Sequence record: NC_016571.1 | Direction: 5' to 3' (one strand) | DNA length: 64,000 nt | Shown here: piece after piece, positions 54,950 to 64,000 of the stretch | Layout: the number at the start of each line of letters is the position of its first letter | Numbering within the stretch: the stretch's first letter is position 1 | The notes under the pieces: generated by a model | Told to the model about the DNA's origin: nothing | The model's database searches: none | The model's input: only the letters and a program-made list of their open reading frames with translations | Translations under genes and position numbers: made by a program

Positions 54950-55726
54950 TTACAGTTTTTTAGCTTCATCGATCTGCAATTGCAGAATACGAGTCAGTTC
55001 ACTTAACTGGGCTACCATCATACCAGCAAAGGTAATGGTTTCTACCAGTTCAGAGATAGTGTCGTTCAGTAGACGGCTTGCGCTGTCATCCAGAACCATA
55101 TCGCCTGAGTCGATTTTCTTCTTCAGCAGGTTAACAACGTAAACCACCTGGTCAGCAGATTTAGACAGTACTTCTATATCACGTGATTTAAGTGTCTCAA
55201 CAACACGGTTGAAGTTCTGATCAACTTCCAGAGCAGTACCGAAGTTAGGGTACATCTGGTTCAAGGCACGAGTATAAACCTTGGTGTCTTCAAAGACCAG
55301 CTTAGCTTGTTGTTTGGTTTCATTAACCATGATCATCGCATCGACATTGCGAATCGAGTAAGGAACTTTACCCGTTGCTGCAATAGACTTGATGCCACGA
55401 TAAACAGCGTCAGTTTGAGACTGAGCTAATTTAACCAGAGGGACTGCTTTCAGCACGAAATCAACATACTCTTTAAACGACATTTTGTCGGCATTAAAGA
55501 ATACTGGAGATGGGATATGTTTGATAGAAACATCAAAGTAAACATTTCTGGCGGTGAGCTGTTTCCAAACTTCTTCACCTTTTACGGTGTGAATAGTTTT
55601 GTTAAAGTTCTTCGCGTTGAAGGAGTCGATCCCCAAGCTCAGTTCTTTAAAGAAGGATGTCAGACGCTCGCCAACTGTTAGCGCTTCTGCACCAACGATT
55701 GCATCAAGATCAAATGTAATAGACAT
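54950..55726 (-). CDS. Putative head/virion protein with a short propeptide
   Basis: MSITFDLDAIVGAE|A; the start resembles MEITFDTAGFE of the 362-aa protein. Confidence 0.65.
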   Translation of the reverse strand: MSITFDLDAIVGAEALTVGERLTSFFKELSLGIDSFNAKNFNKTIHTVKGEEVWKQLTARNVYFDVSIKHIPSPVFFNADKMSFKEYVDFVLKAVPLVKLAQSQTDAVYRGIKSIAATGKVPYSIRNVDAMIMVNETKQQAKLVFEDTKVYTRALNQMYPNFGTALEVDQNFNRVVETLKSRDIEVLSKSADQVVYVVNLLKKKIDSGDMVLDDSASRLLNDTISELVETITFAGMMVAQLSELTRILQLQIDEAKKL

Positions 55727-55793
55727 GCTATGGCAAACTCCATTAGTGTGTTTTCGAAACGATTCATAACATTTAAACAAAAAGGGTATATAG

Positions 55794-57269
55794 ATGCTGA
55801 CCGCATTGAATTTCTTAAAAGATTATGGTGCCGAATCCAACCTGCAAATCGGTTTGAACGTATCACCAATCTTCGACATGCTGACCACTAGCATGATTAA
55901 AGGCAAGGATGGGGTTTGGTATCAGAACGGTGGACTGATGCCTATCAACGGTTTGGCTGGCGGTAACAACACCCAGAAAACTGGTAAGACTGTTAAAGAC
56001 GTTGCAGCGCTGCTGTTCCGTTTTAAATCATCCGTCATTCTTTATGGTGATACTGAATCTACTCTGGACATTTCTCGTCTAGCAGAAGAAGTGGATCGCC
56101 TGTTTGGTGAAGAAGGTTACTTCGCTGAAAACATCGAAGATATCCGTTTCCACTACATGCCTAACTCCGCTGGTATCGATGGCACCGAACTACATAATAA
56201 AGTCATCGAGATCTATAAGACTATCCATGCACTGTCTGAATCAAAAGACAAAGCAGAACAAGAAGCTTATAAGCAACTGTTCCTGGATACTCCTTTCTGG
56301 AGCGCTAAGGCTAATAAGCACGTTCAGGTAATGCAACCTATTCTGTTCATCTGTGACTCCATCTCTGAAGTTCTGTTTGACAACCTGATGTTCAAACAGT
56401 TTGACGATGGTGATATGGATGAAGGCGGTAAGAAACGTACCCGTGACATGGAGATCGGTAACCTGCGTCGTATCTTGATGACAGATACCTGTATCCTTGG
56501 CCCACGTGTCGGTTTACGTTCTTACTGGATTGCTCAGTCCGCTGACGTTATTAACATGGATGGTCGTCCTAAAGAAAAAGACTCCACCTTCCTGCGTCAC
56601 AATAAGAAACTGGCTGCTCCGAAAGCGATGCTGAAATTACCACACATCGGTATCGAGATCATTAAGGGTACAGTTCTTAAGCAGACAGACCACTCTGTAA
56701 CTTATCCTCGCGGTAAAGATTCATTAACCTCTACCAACGCCAAGTCTAACCCAGAACTGGTTCAGTACTTCACTACGGTCTTCCGTAACAAGTCTGGTTC
56801 ATCTGGCGGTGATATTGCATTCGTTGCAAGTCAGGCTGAAGGTATCCTGGTTAACCTGTCAATGTACGACTCCCTGAAAGAGAACAAGTACTTTGGCCTG
56901 GATGGTAGTGCAGTGCGTCACTCTTGTGCATTACTGCCAGACGTTTCTATCACTCGTCCAACTGTTCGCGATATGATCGAAGGCCCAGATGCTAATCCTA
57001 AGCTTCAGCGTGCTATCGAGATTTGCTGGCAGCTGTGGTACGAACAAACATTCTGGGACAACTTCCCTGAGGAATGGAAAATCACTCCAGCTCAACTTTA
57101 CGAGAAAGGTAAAGAGCGCGGTCTGGATTGGGATGACGTTCTCGAAAACACAATCTACTTCTGGCACGATAACCATGAAGTGATTAAGAAACATACATTA
57201 ACTATCTACGAACTGATGGAAATCGTCGTGGGTGGTAAGAAACCATATTGGATCAAGGACAAGAAATAA
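55794..57269 (+). CDS. uvsX: RecA/UvsX-like recombinase (phiKZ gp152-like)
   Basis: P-loop GLAGGNNTQKT, ILYGDTES, Walker B LFICDSIS; lies two genes upstream of the RNAP beta fragment, similar to phiKZ. Confidence 0.75.
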   Translation: MLTALNFLKDYGAESNLQIGLNVSPIFDMLTTSMIKGKDGVWYQNGGLMPINGLAGGNNTQKTGKTVKDVAALLFRFKSSVILYGDTESTLDISRLAEEVDRLFGEEGYFAENIEDIRFHYMPNSAGIDGTELHNKVIEIYKTIHALSESKDKAEQEAYKQLFLDTPFWSAKANKHVQVMQPILFICDSISEVLFDNLMFKQFDDGDMDEGGKKRTRDMEIGNLRRILMTDTCILGPRVGLRSYWIAQSADVINMDGRPKEKDSTFLRHNKKLAAPKAMLKLPHIGIEIIKGTVLKQTDHSVTYPRGKDSLTSTNAKSNPELVQYFTTVFRNKSGSSGGDIAFVASQAEGILVNLSMYDSLKENKYFGLDGSAVRHSCALLPDVSITRPTVRDMIEGPDANPKLQRAIEICWQLWYEQTFWDNFPEEWKITPAQLYEKGKERGLDWDDVLENTIYFWHDNHEVIKKHTLTIYELMEIVVGGKKPYWIKDKK

Positions 57270-57631
57270 TGTCAGACTTCAGTTACGATTACTCGGTTCT
57301 TGTTGTAGCAGAGCCGGACTTTCTGAACAAAGGTAAAGATATCGAAGCTTACATGGATAAGCTTAATAAGTTCTTAACCAAACGAGCCGGTGAAAGTACA
57401 TTCCGTCCGGTAACAGTATCTGGTAACTACGGTTTGAACCTGGCTGTTAAGATCGAAGTAGATGATCGTAACAAAACTGCCTTCTCTAAATCAATTGCGG
57501 ATCATTTGATTCAATTTGATGACATTGTTCTGATCACGAACTTTGAGAAGGATCCGTACCTGGATGTGTTAACTGGTTTAGCGTCGGAACTCTCAAAGCC
57601 TGTAACTATTTACAACTATGAGATAAAGTAA
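57269..57631 (+). CDS. Hypothetical protein
   Basis: TAATG coupling to the previous gene. Confidence 0.75.
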   Translation: MSDFSYDYSVLVVAEPDFLNKGKDIEAYMDKLNKFLTKRAGESTFRPVTVSGNYGLNLAVKIEVDDRNKTAFSKSIADHLIQFDDIVLITNFEKDPYLDVLTGLASELSKPVTIYNYEIK

Positions 57632-58311
57632 TGTTAAAGAACCGCAAAGAGATTGAAAACGACATCCTGTCATTGGCAGAACGTTTTACTCAGGGCGGGG
57701 GAAACAAAGAACTTTATGCAGGGCTGTTTAAACAACTTGATGATGAGGGGTTTAAGCAGTTCTGGAATAAGGTTTGTGATAGTGGATTTATCCCGATGTT
57801 TGTGGATAACTTCGACATGAAGGAAGGCATCAACTATGACCATATGGTTAAGCTTGCTGTCTCCCTTGCTATCCCCCTGGAACAACAGTTGGTATTCACC
57901 GATCCAGATACAGGGTTAGAACATACCACCCCAGAGACAGCTCTGGTTGGTTGGGCAGAAGTTCGTAAACAGCGTCAGCTGCAAGCCAAGAAGTTTGGTG
58001 CATCCAAACATGACTATGAGACTGAAGACCTGACAGGGCAACCTACAGGCGCTTCTAAAGCAGGTGGTATCTCTAACCCAGAGATCCAAGTTCTGCTGAG
58101 TCTTGGTCTTCCTACATTGGCTAAAGAGTTAGCTGACGTTCGTGGTGGTGACGCAGGAGCGTATCGTGCATATAAGAACGATATCTTGACTTCTGGTGTT
58201 GCCACTACCGAATCTGCTCTACAACGTGGTACTGGTGTTAAGTCACTTCAGACTGCACATTACCTGTTACGTGCTCAGCACCTGGATAACAACCTGGCGG
58301 ACCGCGATTAA
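57631..58311 (+). CDS. Virion RNA polymerase beta subunit, C-terminal part (phiKZ gp149-like)
   Basis: RQRQLQAKK...DLTGQPTGASKAGGISNPE...ELADVRGGD parallels RpoB QQPLGGKAQFGGQRFGEME...EMLTVKSDD. Confidence 0.85.
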   Translation: MLKNRKEIENDILSLAERFTQGGGNKELYAGLFKQLDDEGFKQFWNKVCDSGFIPMFVDNFDMKEGINYDHMVKLAVSLAIPLEQQLVFTDPDTGLEHTTPETALVGWAEVRKQRQLQAKKFGASKHDYETEDLTGQPTGASKAGGISNPEIQVLLSLGLPTLAKELADVRGGDAGAYRAYKNDILTSGVATTESALQRGTGVKSLQTAHYLLRAQHLDNNLADRD

Positions 58312-58766
58312 TGGAAGAGAAGGATCCTATTGTCCTTCTGTTAAACTACATGGCCTCGGAGCTACATACCGAGGTCATTATTAACAGAGACAGCACAGAT
58401 TTCTGGGAGAAGGCGCAGGACTATATCTTTGATAACTCTTTGGTATCTTTCCGTGAAGGCATTGACACTTTGTCGGAAGCGATCAAGAAAGAAAAGGATA
58501 TGTACAACTACCTGTCGGCATTGGTGTTCCGTACCTTTGCTCAGCCATTCACCCTAACTGCACTTAAACAGTTTGCTGACGGTTTCGATGCCACAGCAAG
58601 TGACCCTATTCTGGGTGGGTTTAATTTCACCGCAGCAAAACTCACGAACATAGAGAAGCTTATGCTTTTCTTCACCGTCCACCGTAACAAGATCACCATT
58701 GCACTCTTTGAGCGCGATGAGTTGATTAACCTGGAAAAGAAAAGTAAGGGAAAAAGTAGCCGATGA
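58311..58766 (+). CDS. Hypothetical core protein
   Basis: TAATG coupling. Confidence 0.75.
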   Translation: MEEKDPIVLLLNYMASELHTEVIINRDSTDFWEKAQDYIFDNSLVSFREGIDTLSEAIKKEKDMYNYLSALVFRTFAQPFTLTALKQFADGFDATASDPILGGFNFTAAKLTNIEKLMLFFTVHRNKITIALFERDELINLEKKSKGKSSR

Positions 58767-59497
58767 ATATCGATTTGTTTACCAACGTGGGCTCCCTCTT
58801 TGATGAACGTCGAGGCATCATTACCAAAGTTGCCATTGAAAGTGGTAACACCAAGTTCGATTGGAACACTAACTTCAGCGAGATTTATGCACGTCGTCGT
58901 TTCGACTACTTTAATCAACCCGAGTTAGGTATTACGCAAGAGAAATATCTTGAGCGTTTTGCTAAGCGTTCCATTGAAGACTTTGCTGACCACACCCAAG
59001 CTTTCATTCGTCCAAGTAAACTAATTCACAACATGTTTAAAATTGTACGTGAGATAGAATTTGGCGTAGGACAAATGTTATCAGTATCAACTTTCTCGTT
59101 GACTGTCAATATTTATCCTTATGTGATCGAGGGTGAACTGTTAGATGAACTGGCTTCGACCATCCGTGGAGCGATTCCATTTAACATCTCTCTATCCTTT
59201 GTAGATTTCCCGTATGAGAAAATAACTCCTGCGGTACTTCATAGCTACCAGTACGTCTTCCTTTATGACTTCATGTGTACACCACACTACGAGGTATACT
59301 GGAAAGAATATCCGAAAGCGCAACCTTCCAATGTGAAGTTTATCATTCCGGATGTACTGGCAAAGAGCCCTGAAGAACTTCCCGAAGAAATGAGACGCGA
59401 AGAGCCGATCGAATTACTTGGAAAGATGAATGCAACTCAAGGCGGTAAAATTACCTGGGTGCCATATCCTAAAACCATATTCGACTATAAAGAATAA
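58763..59497 (+). CDS. Hypothetical core protein
   Basis: ATGA overlap; long ORF. Confidence 0.75.
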   Translation: MNIDLFTNVGSLFDERRGIITKVAIESGNTKFDWNTNFSEIYARRRFDYFNQPELGITQEKYLERFAKRSIEDFADHTQAFIRPSKLIHNMFKIVREIEFGVGQMLSVSTFSLTVNIYPYVIEGELLDELASTIRGAIPFNISLSFVDFPYEKITPAVLHSYQYVFLYDFMCTPHYEVYWKEYPKAQPSNVKFIIPDVLAKSPEELPEEMRREEPIELLGKMNATQGGKITWVPYPKTIFDYKE

Positions 59498-59502
59498 GGT
59501 CA

Positions 59503-59533
59503 ACCCCTGAGCCCTTCACGGGGCTCAGGGGGT
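59503..59533. terminator. Bidirectional terminator
   Basis: ACCCCTGAGCCC-ttcacg-GGGCTCAGGGG between convergent genes. Confidence 0.85.
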
Positions 59534-59553
59534 GTTTAACCTTTTGTTTGGTT

Positions 59554-60171
59554 TTATGACTCTGGGTCCCAAGGAGTATCCTCGGAATCATCTTTGTCTT
59601 CAGTTGTTCCGGTAACTCGGATATCTTCCAATTCTGCAAAGGAAGCTTCAATCTCTTTAGAGTCAACGATCTGGTGGCCTTGATACAACTCTTCACCTTT
59701 GATCTCATCGTCTGGGTTAACAGACAGGTTAATCATAGGAGCCATTGGATCAAGAATGATTGCTTGAGTGCCGTAGTTAGGAACAACAATGCGACCAGCT
59801 GTGATTTCATTAAGGGCGTTAGCAAACGTAGCAAAGTTAGCACGGTTGTCTTCCAGCTCTTTATCCTTCAGACGTTCTTTACGATCGTCACGTACGGCTT
59901 TCTCAAGCTGAGCCAGGATAGTGTTAATTGAGTCCAACAGCTTTGGATTGTTTGGTTTACTGATGTAGGTTTGGGTAGCGATATCCAGCACTAATGTTCT
60001 GTGCTTCTGAACGATGTTGATAAGTTCGTTCTCATTATCTTTATCCCCACGACCACCTGACAGAACAAACTGAATATCTTTAATCAGTTGGTCCTTGTCC
60101 TTCTCAGTCTTTAACTTTTCGTCTGACTGAGGAGCCGGATGAATTTCATCCCCGTAATCTTCGTATGCCAT
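59554..60171 (-). CDS. Hypothetical core protein with acidic termini
   Basis: GGAG RBS before MAYEDY (start corrected). Confidence 0.75.
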   Translation of the reverse strand: MAYEDYGDEIHPAPQSDEKLKTEKDKDQLIKDIQFVLSGGRGDKDNENELINIVQKHRTLVLDIATQTYISKPNNPKLLDSINTILAQLEKAVRDDRKERLKDKELEDNRANFATFANALNEITAGRIVVPNYGTQAIILDPMAPMINLSVNPDDEIKGEELYQGHQIVDSKEIEASFAELEDIRVTGTTEDKDDSEDTPWDPES

Positions 60172-60205
60172 GATATGCTCCAATACTTTTAATAAGACTA
60201 TTATA

Positions 60206-60231
60206 TTTCAGACAAATATTATCAAAGTAGA
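60206..60231 (+). promoter_or_regulatory. Putative early promoter, copy 7
   Basis: TTTCAGACAAATATTATCAAAGTAGA; the TTTCAGAC part is identical to copies 1 and 3. Confidence 0.65.
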
Positions 60232-60282
60232 TAAACGGAAATCTGTTTTAATAATATTCGTTATAGTCTCGAGGAAATTAAA

Positions 60283-60837
60283 ATGTTCTTTCAAAAGTTA
60301 TTAAACAAGATTCCATTCTTCCGCAATCGACAGATTAAGAAGATAAAAGAGGACCTTGTAGAAATTCAGCGCGACTTTGGTGAAGGGTTCTTTAACGACC
60401 GCTACATCATTAGTCTTCACAATATCCTAAATAACTCACTGATGGACTTCTCAGACGATTTAGTGAGTGGGTCATTGAACAAGTTCAGCTCGTACACAAA
60501 GTCGTCTATGAGTGCTCTGAAGCTCATAGATAAGCCCGAATTGAAGAAGACTAGATTAGAGAAAAGTAACATCGTTTCTTTGACTAAGGAAACCGACTAT
60601 TTCTCAGCCTGGTATTCTAATGAAGAATCTGTACGTGAGTTTATCGATAAAATGAGTCACTACATCGTAGCTCAGGTTTGGTTAGCAACCCCGAACCCAG
60701 ACTACGAGGCTCAGGAAAAGATAGACCATTATATAAGCGAACTAAATAATGAAGTATTTGACTCGCTAATCTACCGACTCCTTCTTGAGGATTTGGTTAG
60801 CATTGTATCATTCTACATAGAGAGTAAATATGAATGA
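60283..60837 (+). CDS. Hypothetical protein
   Basis: GAGGA RBS. Confidence 0.75.
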   Translation: MFFQKLLNKIPFFRNRQIKKIKEDLVEIQRDFGEGFFNDRYIISLHNILNNSLMDFSDDLVSGSLNKFSSYTKSSMSALKLIDKPELKKTRLEKSNIVSLTKETDYFSAWYSNEESVREFIDKMSHYIVAQVWLATPNPDYEAQEKIDHYISELNNEVFDSLIYRLLLEDLVSIVSFYIESKYE

Positions 60838-61240
60838 CAAAAAGAAAGCGTTGAGTTTTGGGAAGAACAAGAACTTTGTTCCCCCAGAGCAGCTTACCGA
60901 TGTACCTAGCCGTCTTTTCAGAAAGATCACCCAGGTACTCGATATCAACATGGCCAAATGGAAAACGTATCTGGATGATTACCTTCGTTGGATTCATCCC
61001 GACGACAGTGGTCCAGCTGCCGATGTTAAACGCAACCGTTCTACTGCTATGGGAAATATCCAAAGTACGTTATTCTTCTCTAAGACTCTGTCATGGAACA
61101 AGTTATTAATGGGATTGAAGATTGCCAAGATCGCAGAGATTGAAGTCATCTTTAAAATCAAAACAGAATCTGGTGAGGAACACGTCATCACCGAAAAGAC
61201 TATTCTGCGCAAATCCCCAAGGGGTAGTGGCGAAGACTGA
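60830..61240 (+). CDS. Hypothetical core protein
   Basis: Overlaps the previous gene; followed by a terminator. Confidence 0.75.
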   Translation: MNDKKKALSFGKNKNFVPPEQLTDVPSRLFRKITQVLDINMAKWKTYLDDYLRWIHPDDSGPAADVKRNRSTAMGNIQSTLFFSKTLSWNKLLMGLKIAKIAEIEVIFKIKTESGEEHVITEKTILRKSPRGSGED

Positions 61241-61247
61241 CGGAATG

Positions 61248-61271
61248 TTACTCTACCTTCGGGTAGAGTAA
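61248..61271 (+). terminator. Terminator hairpin (CTAC/GTAG family)
   Basis: TTACTCTACC-ttcg-GGTAGAGTAA. Confidence 0.8.
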
Positions 61272-61310
61272 CCACACCCTACTTACTTTATTTTTTTTTC
61301 AGGAATTGAC

Positions 61311-62438
61311 ATGACTCTCTTACAACGCAATGGTACGTTCCAAGGTGTTGATTTAAATAACACTTTGCAGCAAGCTAACCGCTCCATGGGTGAGGCGGTA
61401 TCTGGTTTAGATAAACAGCTAGTTAACCCATTCAAATCTATTACCGATGGGATACAGTCCGGTGTTGCATTAGTTAGTGAAAAGGAATCACAATTACTAA
61501 GCAATATCTCCAGCTATAAATCAGCAGCCATCGATGGGATCAATAACTCACTGAAGAACCTAACAGGTGGGTTATTTAACATCGGGGACATTGGCTCGAT
61601 TATCACGTATCAGGATGGGTTTAAAGTAGACACTAACCAGTTACTTCGTTTAGGAAGTAAAGGGCTAGGCTTTAACATCAACTCAATGATGGACTTGAAA
61701 CAAGAGATAGGTGATGGGTTCTTAAAGGAACTGGACTCCATGACCTTTGGATTAGCCTCTTCTGTATTTCGTGCAGACGGCACCAAGATCTCTTTAGCCG
61801 ATGACTGGAAGTTTGGAGTAGGTAACTCCATCATTGACTTCTTAGGTAAAGATGACCCAGAAGGATTCGGTACAGTAGTCAACGTGGCTGCTATGAACTC
61901 TATCCTTAATACCATGATCAACCAAACCGTCACCACAGGTATGTGGCAGGGCTATGGTAACTATGGTAACATGTACATCTTCGAATCAGATTACCATGGC
62001 GCATTGATTGATTCATTATCTATCGCTATTGGACGTGGTGATGCTAAATCTATCCAGACCATTTTGGATATCATTGCAGAAGAAGGTGTATTAAAGGTTA
62101 ATGCCAAATACCCTGATTTGATTGAACAGATGCTGGGTAACTTCACGTTCGGTAATGATGTTACTGCCGATCAGTATCCAGAGCTTACAGCGCTGCTCCT
62201 GAAGGTCTGTGTTACAGTTGCTGGACCTAACTGGTACAAATACCCTACTCAGTTTGGTGATGCCTATAAACTGTCTCTGGTTGGCTTTATCTCTGAAGAT
62301 GCTAAGACGTTACTGAATGAAGAAGAACCTCTCATTCCTTTACTCTGTTCATCTGGTATCTTTGTTGAACAACGAGCACAGGACGTGTTCTTATCTGATT
62401 TCCCTAAAGCCGTCGTATTCGACAAAACAACAACATAA
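61311..62438 (+). CDS. Putative virion structural protein
   Basis: AGGA RBS; G/S/D-rich; located in the core structural region. Function inferred. Confidence 0.6.
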   Translation: MTLLQRNGTFQGVDLNNTLQQANRSMGEAVSGLDKQLVNPFKSITDGIQSGVALVSEKESQLLSNISSYKSAAIDGINNSLKNLTGGLFNIGDIGSIITYQDGFKVDTNQLLRLGSKGLGFNINSMMDLKQEIGDGFLKELDSMTFGLASSVFRADGTKISLADDWKFGVGNSIIDFLGKDDPEGFGTVVNVAAMNSILNTMINQTVTTGMWQGYGNYGNMYIFESDYHGALIDSLSIAIGRGDAKSIQTILDIIAEEGVLKVNAKYPDLIEQMLGNFTFGNDVTADQYPELTALLLKVCVTVAGPNWYKYPTQFGDAYKLSLVGFISEDAKTLLNEEEPLIPLLCSSGIFVEQRAQDVFLSDFPKAVVFDKTTT

Positions 62439-62444
62439 ACATAA

Positions 62445-62473
62445 CCCCTACCCCTCCGTAAGGAAGGGTAGGG
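62445..62473. terminator. Bidirectional terminator (29-mer identical to 43811..43839)
   Basis: CCCCTACCCCTCCGTAAGGAAGGGTAGGG between convergent genes. Confidence 0.85.
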
Positions 62474-62494
62474 AGTATATGCTTTATTTTTTTT

Positions 62495-64000
62495 TTATCT
62501 GTTTAATGGACGACCAGTGAAGATACGAGAAATATCACCCACAATGGAGTCGTTCACCACACCTGCAACAGTGGCCGGGTTAAACATGTTCTGAACGTCG
62601 TTAGTGAAACGAGTTAAACGTTTGTTCAAGTCATTATAACGAAGTACTGTGTCCAGGTAGTCAACACCAGCAACACGGTTTACCCAATCGTTATATTTAC
62701 CGATGTCACCCAAGTAGCGAGAAGACTGCTTAGCAACGTTCAGTAAGTCAAGTGGGTTAGTCACACGTGCAATAGGAACAGACATTACTTTGTCCAGGTC
62801 AGCTACTGTTAAGTTAACACGGCAGTTACGTGGTTTCATATCAGTAGTCCAACCTAATGGACCGATACCGAATTCAATTGAACAGTTCTGCACAATACCA
62901 GTACGGATGATCGACTTACCACGTTGGAATACTTTCAGTAAGAAAGGTGACGTATAAGTAGAACCACCTGTTGAGAATGGCACCACGAATGGCATGATCA
63001 AACTCAATGGCAAGAACACGTTAGTTGCAATGGAATAAGGATGGGCGTACGGAGCTTCAAAATAGAAACTGAAGCTTTCACTATGTAAGTTGGTAGTAGA
63101 GTCAGACCAGTGTTCTGGAATGTCTACTTTGGAGTTACCTAACAAAGCAAGTGGAACGTTACCAATTACAGAACCTGCCGCTAAACCTGCTGCCGCATCT
63201 TTGATCTGGTTGACAAAGCCATCAATGATATCAATACCAGTAGCGCCGCCAGACATGTTAAACTTAAAGTCCTGTACCGCCTGGACCGTGTTGTTAAATG
63301 TCGCAGCAACCTGAGATTGAGTAGTGGATGATCCAAAGGAGTCAGATACAGAGCCAGTTCCTTCAGTACGGAACGTAACCCCATCTAAACCGCCATAGAA
63401 CCCGTCCATAAGCAGTTGTCCGACTTGACCGAACCAACTAGACTCATCGATGTCATTAACGTCAGAGAACGATCCTGGGAGTGTTCCTGACAGATCAGGA
63501 GATGCACCTGTGTTAGCGCCATCACTACTACCTGGGTTATTATTAACCCCGTAGGACTCCGCTCCGTATTTGGTTTGGAGATCTGTGATGGAAACACCTG
63601 GATTACCCGTAGCTTTAGCAGCGGATTCAGGTTTGATGTTAACACCGGCATCACGGCTAGTATATGCAGAGGCTACTTCAGGATAAGAGATTTCATCAAG
63701 ACCACGAGAAGCACCAACTGTTTTCAACTCTTCCATCAAGTAGTCGCGCGTATTCGTACCCGCAGCAAAACCACTGTTGGCGTTGACAAACCCAGAGTCC
63801 TTCATCAGACCAGTCAGTATGCCTTCGATCTCTCTATCTTTATCCTTAACTGTTTTAATGCCAGCACGATCATCCAAGTCCTTCACTTTCTTCATGAAGT
63901 AACGGAACTTACGAACACCACGAGTGGAGATCTTAAGAATGTCGATCGTACCATCTTTGTTAATCGCATCAGGGAAGAGACTGTGCATGTAAGAGATGTT
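62495..64000 (-). CDS. Putative baseplate/tail structural protein (partial; frame open to the window end)
   Basis: The frame stays open past the 63988 ATG to base 64000. C-terminal SPFLLKVFQRG..IRTGIVQNCSIEFG...W...PRNCRV.LT..DL resembles tube/baseplate-type beta folds. Confidence 0.6.
   Translation of the reverse strand, partial: NISYMHSLFPDAINKDGTIDILKISTRGVRKFRYFMKKVKDLDDRAGIKTVKDKDREIEGILTGLMKDSGFVNANSGFAAGTNTRDYLMEELKTVGASRGLDEISYPEVASAYTSRDAGVNIKPESAAKATGNPGVSITDLQTKYGAESYGVNNNPGSSDGANTGASPDLSGTLPGSFSDVNDIDESSWFGQVGQLLMDGFYGGLDGVTFRTEGTGSVSDSFGSSTTQSQVAATFNNTVQAVQDFKFNMSGGATGIDIIDGFVNQIKDAAAGLAAGSVIGNVPLALLGNSKVDIPEHWSDSTTNLHSESFSFYFEAPYAHPYSIATNVFLPLSLIMPFVVPFSTGGSTYTSPFLLKVFQRGKSIIRTGIVQNCSIEFGIGPLGWTTDMKPRNCRVNLTVADLDKVMSVPIARVTNPLDLLNVAKQSSRYLGDIGKYNDWVNRVAGVDYLDTVLRYNDLNKRLTRFTNDVQNMFNPATVAGVVNDSIVGDISRIFTGRPLNR

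Noticed and set aside
15469-62473. CRISPR array or tRNA genes among the intergenic hairpins
   Set aside because: The hairpins are isolated, not regularly spaced with spacers; no cloverleaf, T-loop or CCA pattern in any intergenic gap.
1-64000. Alternative genetic code (stop-codon reassignment)
   Set aside because: Known enzymes translate full-length under the standard code, and TAA, TAG and TGA all terminate genes at the expected ends.

Overview
This 64 kb window comes from a phiKZ-like jumbo myovirus (Chimalliviridae-type). The host is probably in the Enterobacterales, inferred from a very host-like nrdB-yfaE pair. Diagnostic genes are a split virion RNA polymerase beta C-terminal subunit, an adjacent RecA/UvsX-like ATPase, an RNase H-like protein, an SNF2-like helicase, inner-head proteins with protease cleavage motifs, and a phage GroEL-like chaperonin. 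Positions 1-21.5 kb (minus strand) hold a cluster of very large beta-sandwich-repeat fibre-like proteins (>1038, 4079, ~1252 and ~711 aa), followed by nrdB-yfaE. Positions 23.2-46.5 kb (mostly plus strand) are early/accessory operons: many small membrane or secreted proteins, tandem paralog arrays, thyA, DHFR, tdk, HAD, GNAT, a metallophosphoesterase, a ClpP-like protease and GroEL. Positions 46.5-64 kb are the conserved structural, recombination and RNAP core. I found seven copies of an early-promoter motif (ATATTAY-N4-RTGTA) and about 16 intergenic hairpins, nine of which share a CTAC/GTAG stem core. I saw no tRNA, rRNA, CRISPR array, integrase, transposase or reverse transcriptase. The most notable observations are (1) one repeat domain that appears to be split between the C-terminus of the 4079-aa protein and the N-terminus of the next giant protein, suggesting strand-complementation chaining, and (2) a ~200-aa N-terminal domain shared by several fibre proteins and also encoded on its own. 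All homology calls are by eye from motifs; no searches were run.
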